Assembly: GCA_038850735.1 (NCBI GenBank)
Contig: JAWCLO010000002.1
Location: forward strand, 105,902-169,901
Origin: Methanomassiliicoccales archaeon
Lineage (GTDB): Archaea; Thermoplasmatota; Thermoplasmata; Methanomassiliicoccales; JACIVX01
Reading direction: 5' to 3'
Length of the DNA stretch: 64,000 bases
The position numbers were made by a program, and so were the translations under genes. Positions within the stretch are counted from its first letter, which is position 1; every line of letters starts with the position of its first letter. The notes under the pieces were generated by a model. That model had not been told where the DNA came from. It was given only the letters and a program-made list of their open reading frames with translations, and searched no databases. Shown here in pieces: positions 57,321 through 64,000 of the stretch.

Positions 57321-58574
57321 ATGATTCAGGGTCACATGCACGATTTACTATCAAAGGCGCAGCTCGCACTCAAGAGAGATTTATGCGACCACTGTCTCGG
57401 TAGGTTATTTGCTCAAGTCAGACGCGGATTAACAAATAAACAACGTGGAGAATCCCTAAGAATGGCTGTGGCCTTACACAGTGCGCTAATTGGTAAAAAT
57501 ATTCCATCTCATGATCACTGCTGGGTTTGTGGCGACCTTTTCTGGGAATTAGATCGATTCGCGGAGGCTGCGATCAAGAAGCTTTCATCGTTGGAGTTTG
57601 AGACTTTTCTCATTGGAACGAAAATCGACCCAGAGATCGTAGAGAGAGAAGAGCGGTTATGGGGGGAGGTTGGAGGAGAATCTGCTGAAGCTATCAAAAG
57701 TGAGCTAAATAGAGAAATAGGCAAGCTGGTAGAGATGAAAACGGGAAAACAGGTCGATTTTGATTCACCAGACGTTATTGCAATTATCGATACTCGGTTC
57801 GCCTCTGTTGAGCTTGAGATATCACCACTGTTCATCTTCGGGACGTACAGAAAGTATTCAAGAGATATACCTCAAACCCGTTGGATTTGTTCTGTTTGCA
57901 GAGGTAAAGGATGTGTACGTTGTCAATTTAAAGGTAAATTATATCAAACAAGTGTTCAGGAACTTATTGGCGATCCGATCATGAGAGCTGCGGGTGGAGT
58001 AGATCATTATTTTCACGGGATGGGGCGTGAAGATATCGATGCTAGAATGCTTGGGAATGGAAGACCGTTTATCATAGAGATTAGAAAGCCTAAGAAGAGG
58101 AAACTCGACTTGCCAAGCTTGGAGAAAATTATCAATGAATCTGCAAATGGTCTGATTGAAGTCCTTAACTTGCGCATGTCATCTCGATCTGAGGTAAGAA
58201 AAATTAAGGATGCGACACCCGATAAAGTTTATAGAGTCGAAGTAAAAATCGATGGCAAAATTAATAAGGAGAAGATTAATGAGGTAGTTCAATCACTCAA
58301 AGAAATTCCTATCACTCAACGAACACCGGTCAGGGTCGCTCATAGAAGAGCCGACAAAGTGAGAAAGAAGAAAATCATTGATGTCCACATCGCTGATATG
58401 AATGACGAAAACATAATCCTCATCATAAAGGCTGAGGCAGGAACATACATCAAAGAATTTATACACGGCGATGGTGGAAGAACGAAACCGAATTTCGCAG
58501 AAGCTTTGGGAGTACCCTGTGAGGTGAAATCGCTGGATGTGATAGAAATCGCTTACGACACTGGAGAGGAATGA
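57321..58574 (+). CDS. pus10: tRNA pseudouridine synthase Pus10
   Basis: Contains N-terminal Zn-binding CDHCLGRLF...CWVCGDLF, a THUMP-like middle region, and a C-terminal catalytic domain (GREDIDARMLGNGRPF). Confidence 0.85.
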   Translation: MIQGHMHDLLSKAQLALKRDLCDHCLGRLFAQVRRGLTNKQRGESLRMAVALHSALIGKNIPSHDHCWVCGDLFWELDRFAEAAIKKLSSLEFETFLIGTKIDPEIVEREERLWGEVGGESAEAIKSELNREIGKLVEMKTGKQVDFDSPDVIAIIDTRFASVELEISPLFIFGTYRKYSRDIPQTRWICSVCRGKGCVRCQFKGKLYQTSVQELIGDPIMRAAGGVDHYFHGMGREDIDARMLGNGRPFIIEIRKPKKRKLDLPSLEKIINESANGLIEVLNLRMSSRSEVRKIKDATPDKVYRVEVKIDGKINKEKINEVVQSLKEIPITQRTPVRVAHRRADKVRKKKIIDVHIADMNDENIILIIKAEAGTYIKEFIHGDGGRTKPNFAEALGVPCEVKSLDVIEIAYDTGEE

Positions 58575-58575
58575 T

Positions 58576-58869
58576 ATGGTCAAAGCGTCGAAAGGGCCAA
58601 GATGTAAGTCGAGGAACATACTCAAAAAGAGTCCAAGGGAGAGAGGTCTATCGCCGATTACCCGTGAATTTCAGAAATTTGAAGAAGGAGACAAAGTGAG
58701 TATTCTAATCGACTCCAGTGTTCATCGGGGCGCTCCTGATATCAGATTTCATGGAAAAACAGGCACCATTATTGGAGCCCGAGGTCGAGCTTATGTTCTC
58801 AGCGTAAAGGATGGAGATAAGTACAAGACAGTAATCGCAAGACCTGAACATCTGCGAAGAGCATCATAG
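58576..58869 (+). CDS. rpl21e: 50S ribosomal protein L21e
   Basis: 97 aa. Contains SKGPRCKSRN...FHGKTGTIIGARGRAYVLSV, typical of L21e. Confidence 0.95.
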   Translation: MVKASKGPRCKSRNILKKSPRERGLSPITREFQKFEEGDKVSILIDSSVHRGAPDIRFHGKTGTIIGARGRAYVLSVKDGDKYKTVIARPEHLRRAS

Positions 58870-58880
58870 GCGGTGGTGCC

Positions 58881-59201
58881 GTGACCGAAGAGCACTTCAT
58901 CACTTTAGCAGAGGTAGAAGAAATACTGATGGAAGAGAGCAAATCACGAGATCTTACGTCTGAACAGAAACTCGCTCTGGACCATGCTACTCGATTGAGA
59001 AAACTCTCTGCTGATAAAGCAAAGGCGCTTCGGGAAGAATTAGGGCAATTGGATTTTGTCTCTTCAACTATTGCATGCAAACTTGCTGATATTCTTCCCA
59101 CTCACCCAGATGATATTCGCATTCTGTTCACTAAAGAGAGACTCATCCTCGAAAAGAAGCACATCGAACAGGTACTCAATATCGTGCAGAAGTATCTGTA
59201 G
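58881..59201 (+). CDS. rpoF: DNA-directed RNA polymerase subunit F (Rpo4)
   Basis: 106 aa with a GTG start. The helical Rpb4-like sequence (LAEVEEIL...EQKLALDHA) and the conserved position after L21e support the call. Confidence 0.8.
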   Translation: MTEEHFITLAEVEEILMEESKSRDLTSEQKLALDHATRLRKLSADKAKALREELGQLDFVSSTIACKLADILPTHPDDIRILFTKERLILEKKHIEQVLNIVQKYL

Positions 59202-59213
59202 GCCCGTGGGGTG

Positions 59214-59768
59214 ATGATCTTGGAAGATTATGCTAGGATAATCGATTATTTACCCCAAGGGCTTCCTTCAGAAAAATCCTTCAAGAGAGAGCCAATCGCG
59301 TATGCTGTGGGTGAGACGGAATTTAAGCTATTCGAGCTCATTCCCAAAACTGGAGTCCAGATAATTATAGGACAAAGAGTTTACATAGGCAAGGAGGCTA
59401 GCAAGAGAGCTGAAATACTTCATGTCAAAAGAAGAGTAGGTTATAGCGAGCTGACCACAGCTGCGCAGAAGGAGCTACCATTCGTGATAGAGGAAATTGT
59501 GAAGAGTCAAGAATCGAGATTCGTTCAGTTCTTTAATGATGCCCAGGCGATAACAACGAGATTCCATATGTTGGAACTCTTGCCAGGTCTTGGAAAGAAG
59601 ACGATGTGGGCAGTGCTTGAAGAGCGTAAGAAGGGTAAATTCAAAAGTTTCGAGGATATTGCGCAGAGGGTTCCTTCGATTAAGCATCCTGAAAAACTAA
59701 TAGCTCGTCGCATTGAAACAGAACTTTCTGATCCTACTCAGAAATATCATATCTTCGTTGCTAAATGA
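59214..59768 (+). CDS. DUF655 domain protein (putative nucleic-acid-binding, HhH-containing)
   Basis: It occupies the conserved archaeal position between rpoF and ksgA. It contains EPIAYAVGETEFKLFELIPK and an LPGLGKKTMWAVLEER HhH-like segment. Confidence 0.75.
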   Translation: MILEDYARIIDYLPQGLPSEKSFKREPIAYAVGETEFKLFELIPKTGVQIIIGQRVYIGKEASKRAEILHVKRRVGYSELTTAAQKELPFVIEEIVKSQESRFVQFFNDAQAITTRFHMLELLPGLGKKTMWAVLEERKKGKFKSFEDIAQRVPSIKHPEKLIARRIETELSDPTQKYHIFVAK

Positions 59769-59775
59769 TGTGGCC

Positions 59776-60597
59776 ATGAGAATTTCTGAGATTCTGGAGA
59801 TTACAAAGAAATACGGGGTCACCCCGCGAAAAAGAAAGGGGCAGAATTTTCTTGTAGATGAGCGTGTCGCAAATAGGGAAGTTGAGTACGCACAAATATC
59901 GAAAGATGATGAAGTTCTCGAAATAGGACCAGGTCTGGGAATCTTAACATCAAGACTTGTAGAGAGGGCAAGTAAGGTAATAGCAATTGAGTATGATAAG
60001 GGACTAGCGAGGTTCATTCGAGATAGATTTGGAGAAAAAGTAGAACTCATTGAAGGAGATGCACTTCAAATCGAGTTCCCCGCATTTGACAAAATCGTTT
60101 CTAACATTCCATACAATATTTCAACCCCCCTACTTTTCAAAATCCTTGGATACAAATTTGATCGTGCAGTGCTCATGATTCAGAAGGAATTTGCTGAAAG
60201 AATGGTCGCAATGCCTGGTGATGAAGGATACTCAAGGCTTTCCGTGGGCACCTATTATCGTGCACACTGCGAATTATTGGAATTCGTTCCTCGATCTAGA
60301 TTCTGGCCGGCTCCAGACGTAGACTCCATGATTATCAGCCTCACACCCAGGGATCCTCCCTTTAAAGTCAAAGATGAAATGTTATATTTTAGTCTAGTTG
60401 ATTTGCTATTTAAATACAGACGAAAGAAAATAGGAACGGTCATGAGAATGAAGGGAATTATTGCCAATAATATTGAGAGATTACCCTTCTCGAATCAACG
60501 GATCGAAACTCTCACCCCGGAAGAAATCGGAATTCTTTCTGATATGATTTTCGATATCATTTACTCAGAAAAGGAAAACGATCCAAAATCGCCTTGA
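59776..60597 (+). CDS. rsmA: 16S rRNA (adenine1518/1519-N6)-dimethyltransferase
   Basis: Contains KGQNFLVD, the SAM motif VLEIGPGLGILT, and NIPYNIST. The ATG at 59776 is preferred to the track start at 59713. Confidence 0.9.
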   Translation: MRISEILEITKKYGVTPRKRKGQNFLVDERVANREVEYAQISKDDEVLEIGPGLGILTSRLVERASKVIAIEYDKGLARFIRDRFGEKVELIEGDALQIEFPAFDKIVSNIPYNISTPLLFKILGYKFDRAVLMIQKEFAERMVAMPGDEGYSRLSVGTYYRAHCELLEFVPRSRFWPAPDVDSMIISLTPRDPPFKVKDEMLYFSLVDLLFKYRRKKIGTVMRMKGIIANNIERLPFSNQRIETLTPEEIGILSDMIFDIIYSEKENDPKSP

Positions 60598-61627
60598 CAA
60601 GCCTGTCAGGACCTTCCAAGAAGACATCCACGGCTGGAATTCTAAATCTAGCCTCTAGCTCTCTGCAAATCGACGGAACCATATTTGTGGGAAGTCCCTC
60701 ATGATTTATGCCCAAGGCGATAACAGGGGCGTTAGAAAATGCCTCGTAGAGAACTATTTCCCTATCCAGATCTGGCATGGGAAGTTTTAGTTCTGGATCA
60801 TAAGTTCTATATTTGCGCCCAGGTGCATGCTGCAATATAATTGCATCTGGCTTGGTAGCTGAGATTATGGCCCGAGTCCCACAAACATACGCCGGATGGC
60901 TTAGTGCTCCCTGCCCCTCAACGATAATAATATCTGGCTTTTCATTCAACCATGCTTGGTAAATTGCATTCTCAAGCTCTCCTACCATATAATCACCTTG
61001 AATGGCATCAAGAGGCACACCGTATTTGGCACCCTGTAGTAATCCGGTCTGCCCTGTTGCCACAAACTCTGATTTAACACCTAATCTGTTCAGTCCTTCA
61101 ACAATCTCGATCGCAGTAGTTCTTTTTCCTATTGCCGCATCGGTACCCAGAACTGGTATTCTCACCGCATTGATTTTACTAGCTAGATTTCTATATTTAT
61201 GCAGTTGCGTAAGTGGGGGTTCTTTCCTCATATCTATAATCGATGCTCCGCTACTCTTTGCGATCTGCGAAAATTCCTCATCATTAGCCAAAAATTCATG
61301 AAGACCTGAAATTACGCTAATGCCATGTTGTAGTGCCTCCTTAATAATTGGTTTAAATTCTTGTGGAAGCATACCACCCACGGTGGCAACACCAACGATA
61401 AGATACTGGGGCCTTAGCGGGCAATATTCTAGCACCTCTGCGATCGATGAAAACACAGGAATATTGCGATGTATGCCATCGACAACTTCCCCAGCATCTC
61501 TGCCGGCGTTCGTGCTGTCAATTACTCCTATAATGCGAAATTTCTTCGAGTATCGAACAAGCCCCCTTGCCGTTTTTCCAGCTGTGGAAGAGAGCTTCCC
61601 TTCGCAGAGTATTACTGCGCTCTCCAT
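60557..61627 (-). CDS. DUF1611 domain protein
   Basis: Contains AVILCEGKLSSTAGKTARGLVRYS, VLGTDAAIGKRTT, FVATGQTGL and IIVEGQGALSHP, the conserved blocks of the DUF1611 family. The ATG at 61627 is preferred. Confidence 0.8.
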   Translation of the reverse strand: MESAVILCEGKLSSTAGKTARGLVRYSKKFRIIGVIDSTNAGRDAGEVVDGIHRNIPVFSSIAEVLEYCPLRPQYLIVGVATVGGMLPQEFKPIIKEALQHGISVISGLHEFLANDEEFSQIAKSSGASIIDMRKEPPLTQLHKYRNLASKINAVRIPVLGTDAAIGKRTTAIEIVEGLNRLGVKSEFVATGQTGLLQGAKYGVPLDAIQGDYMVGELENAIYQAWLNEKPDIIIVEGQGALSHPAYVCGTRAIISATKPDAIILQHAPGRKYRTYDPELKLPMPDLDREIVLYEAFSNAPVIALGINHEGLPTNMVPSICRELEARFRIPAVDVFLEGPDRLVKAILDRFPFLSK

Positions 61628-61841
61628 GATATGACAAATACATTCAAATCCCAAATAGATTCCCGGTGCACGCTTAGTTTCAATTCATCTCTCAGCTTAA
61701 ACTCATAAATATTAGAGAATATGCAAATCTATGTCTTCTCGAGATCCTTTGTGCTCGCTTAATTGAAAAGAGGTTATTAACAGAACTTGCGGGCAAAAAA
61801 GAAGTATAACAAAGTCATTTATCCAGCGGGGTGTCATTTAA

Positions 61842-62501
61842 TTGATCTATGAAGAGATTGCCCAGGCTCTTGTCGACGGAGAAGGCGAAAGAGTGATCGC
61901 TCTCGTCGAAAGGGCTCTAGATTCTGAGGGGAAGCCTCCAGAAGAGATCATTCAGCAAGGACTTGCGAAAGGCATGGAGAGGCTCGGAGAATTGTACGAA
62001 TTAGGAGAAAGGTTCCTTGTCGATTTGATCGTCGCATCTGATGCCTTCAAGAAATCAATAGAAATCATAAAACCTCGACTAGCGAAAATGGCTTCGTATG
62101 AAAAGTTCTCAAATACTGTGGTCATTGGGACTGTAGAAGGAGATATCCACGAGATTGGAAAGAAGCTCGTTGGTGTGATGCTCGAGGTTGAAGGTTTCCA
62201 GGTTATAGATTTAGGTCCTGATGTCTCCCCTGAACGATTTTCAATCGAAGTGAAAAGAAACTGTGCGAAAATCCTCGGAATGTCTTCACTGATCACAACG
62301 ACGATGATCAATGCAGAAAGAACAATAAAAAAGCTAGAGGAAGACAATATTCGGAACAGGATTAAGATAATGATTGGGGGCGCTCCAGTTGATGAGGAAT
62401 TCGTGAAGAGAATCGGTGGCGATGCATACGGAAAAGATGCGTTCGAAGCTGCGACAGTTGCGAAAACAATCATCATCTCAGAAGATCGGTCGCTTTCATA
62501 A
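61842..62501 (+). CDS. cobalamin-binding corrinoid protein (methyltransferase cognate type)
   Basis: Contains an N-terminal helical B12-cap domain plus a Rossmann B12 domain. The base-off/His-on motif GDIHEIG (DxHxxG) and MSSL...GG are present. The start is TTG. Confidence 0.85.
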   Translation: MIYEEIAQALVDGEGERVIALVERALDSEGKPPEEIIQQGLAKGMERLGELYELGERFLVDLIVASDAFKKSIEIIKPRLAKMASYEKFSNTVVIGTVEGDIHEIGKKLVGVMLEVEGFQVIDLGPDVSPERFSIEVKRNCAKILGMSSLITTTMINAERTIKKLEEDNIRNRIKIMIGGAPVDEEFVKRIGGDAYGKDAFEAATVAKTIIISEDRSLS

Positions 62502-62675
62502 TTATCGACATTATACTCCTGTCGCGACTTCTGATCCGCTTCGAAATCATATGCTCCGAAAGAGCGAGATCTAGTTCTATGAAAAATGACGCACTTGAAG
62601 TTTGTACCCCTGCGTGAGCATAATACCGGCAAATCTAATTAACCCTATGTACATGATATGATCTGGTGATGATGA

Positions 62676-62822
62676 ATGAATGATGAGAAAAAAGGAAAGG
62701 CCGAAGAAACGGCTGAAAAGACTGGGCAGGTAATAGGGAAAGGCGTCAGGAAGGGTGTAGAGGTTACAAAAGAACTCGGAAAGGGTTTAAAGAAAGGATT
62801 CAAGAAAGACGACGAAAAGTAA
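62676..62822 (+). CDS. small Lys/Gly-rich hypothetical protein (48 aa)
   Basis: Hand-found ORF below the track cutoff: MNDEKKGKAEETAEKTGQVIGKGVRKGVEVTKELGKGLKKGFKKDDEK. It has a repetitive KG(V/L)xKG pattern. Coding status is unproven. Confidence 0.35.
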   Translation: MNDEKKGKAEETAEKTGQVIGKGVRKGVEVTKELGKGLKKGFKKDDEK

Positions 62823-62989
62823 ACAAATTCAACAGCTCTAACTCAAATTCTGTATATAGTGCTTCTATGATAAATTCAGTATATCCAATATGCTCTCTCC
62901 TAATAGATCGATCCGCTTTCGATCATATATCCCATCTATGATTTGATTAAAAATGGTTGCAGAATTTCGCAGGAAATTGAGAACTGTCT

Positions 62990-64000
62990 ATGAAATGCAT
63001 CAGTTGCGGTAGAGAATCATCTCTCATCTCCAAAAACCTACGACTCTGCAAAGAATGTATAGTTCGTAATGAAGAATTGCCATTGGAAGTTCCGGCCAGA
63101 TCAATAATGAGGACACGATTCAGTCTTCCGTCCCGTCCGCCAAGCGATGGAAAGCCATGTGGGCGTTGTATTAACTCGTGTAGAATGAAAGAAGGAGAGC
63201 GAGGATACTGTGGTATATGGGAAAACCGTAACGGGCATATTCACTGCATAACTGGTGACGATGCTATCGCAGATGTTTATTGTGATCCATTACCGACAAA
63301 CTGTGTGGCATCGTGGACGTGTCCAGGTTGCACTAAGATCGGTTTTCCAAGGTACTCCTTCGTCAACGGTCCAGAATACGGATACAAGAATCTTGCTGTT
63401 TTCTATGGGGCCTGTAGCTTTGACTGCCTTTTCTGTCAAAATTGGCAATACAGATTCATGACTCACTCAAAATCCCCAGTTATGAGTGTGGCTCAATTGG
63501 CCTCGACGATCGATAATGAAACCTCTTGTATTTGCTATTTCGGTGGGGATCCGACCCCTTTTATTGATCACTCCATTAGGCTTTCTAAAAAGATTTTGTC
63601 TGATCTGGATCGCATTTTGCGTCTCTGTTGGGAGACGAATGGATCGATGGCTAGGAAATATGCCAAGGACATAGGAAAATTGGCTCTTGACTCTGGAGGA
63701 TGTGTTAAGATCGATTTGAAAGCGTGGAATGAGAGATTACACAAGATCCTCTGCGGCGCCTCAAATGATTGGGCAATAAAAAACATCGAGTTACTTGCAG
63801 ATATTGGCCTATCAAGAAAGGAAGTTCCGCTTCTCATTGTTTCTACATTGTTGATACCAGGTTACATAGATGAATTTGAGATTGCAGCAATTGCATCGTT
63901 TCTTGCAGACTTGGATCCAGATATTCCTTACTCCCTCCTTGCGTTTCAACCCCAGTATATGATGTTAGATCTTCCTTCAACTTCAATGGAACAGGCAAAG
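62990..64000 (+). CDS. radical SAM protein, PFL-activase-like, with N-terminal Cys-rich Zn-ribbon region (3' end beyond window)
   Basis: Hand-translated; absent from the track because no stop occurs before the window end. Contains MKCISCGRE...LCKEC, CGRCINSC, DPLPTNCVASWTCPGC, the radical SAM triad ACSFDCLFCQNWQY, and then YFGGDPTP...WETNG. Confidence 0.8.
   Translation, partial: MKCISCGRESSLISKNLRLCKECIVRNEELPLEVPARSIMRTRFSLPSRPPSDGKPCGRCINSCRMKEGERGYCGIWENRNGHIHCITGDDAIADVYCDPLPTNCVASWTCPGCTKIGFPRYSFVNGPEYGYKNLAVFYGACSFDCLFCQNWQYRFMTHSKSPVMSVAQLASTIDNETSCICYFGGDPTPFIDHSIRLSKKILSDLDRILRLCWETNGSMARKYAKDIGKLALDSGGCVKIDLKAWNERLHKILCGASNDWAIKNIELLADIGLSRKEVPLLIVSTLLIPGYIDEFEIAAIASFLADLDPDIPYSLLAFQPQYMMLDLPSTSMEQAK

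Noticed and set aside
1-64000. Search for CRISPR arrays, IS elements, transposases, integrases, restriction-modification, toxin-antitoxin or other defence islands, and for rRNA genes.
   Set aside because: No regularly spaced direct repeats, terminal inverted repeats or recognisable transposase, integrase or Cas motifs were seen in any frame. The window reads as core chromosome.

Overview
This window is a compact, almost fully coding chromosomal segment from an archaeon. Archaeal markers include a thermosome, aIF-1A, L21e, RpoF, Pus10, archease, archaeal-type PEP carboxylase, type II GAPDH and an intron-containing tRNA-Glu. An alkyltransferase-endonuclease V fusion, hdrCB, a hydrogenase maturation protease, a DapL-type lysine operon and a corrinoid protein point to a Thermoplasmata-like, possibly methylotrophic or H2-using, lineage; this is inference only. 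About 65 protein genes are supportable, most of them housekeeping. They include a seven-gene lysine operon (20017-26730), a gapII-gapI-pgk cluster, ilvBNC, a PiT/DUF47 phosphate pair, and the conserved aIF1A-Rio-KH-Pus10-L21e-RpoF-DUF655-KsgA cluster. I found no CRISPR array, IS element, integrase, rRNA or recognisable defence system. The items most worth a second look are: (1) a Ras-like GTPase coupled to a V4R-DUF835 protein at the left edge, with a DUF835 paralog at 49.6 kb; (2) a tightly coupled PfkB kinase / PurN-like / EhaR-like HAD trio; (3) a 1-kb ORF-free stretch at 48.6-49.6 kb; (4) a decayed TldD/PmbA pseudogene; (5) a Lon-like protease with a degenerate Walker A; and (6) two GAPDH classes side by side. 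ORF-track starts are longest extensions using ATG, GTG or TTG. Several were moved to internal starts, and these remain uncertain by tens of nucleotides.
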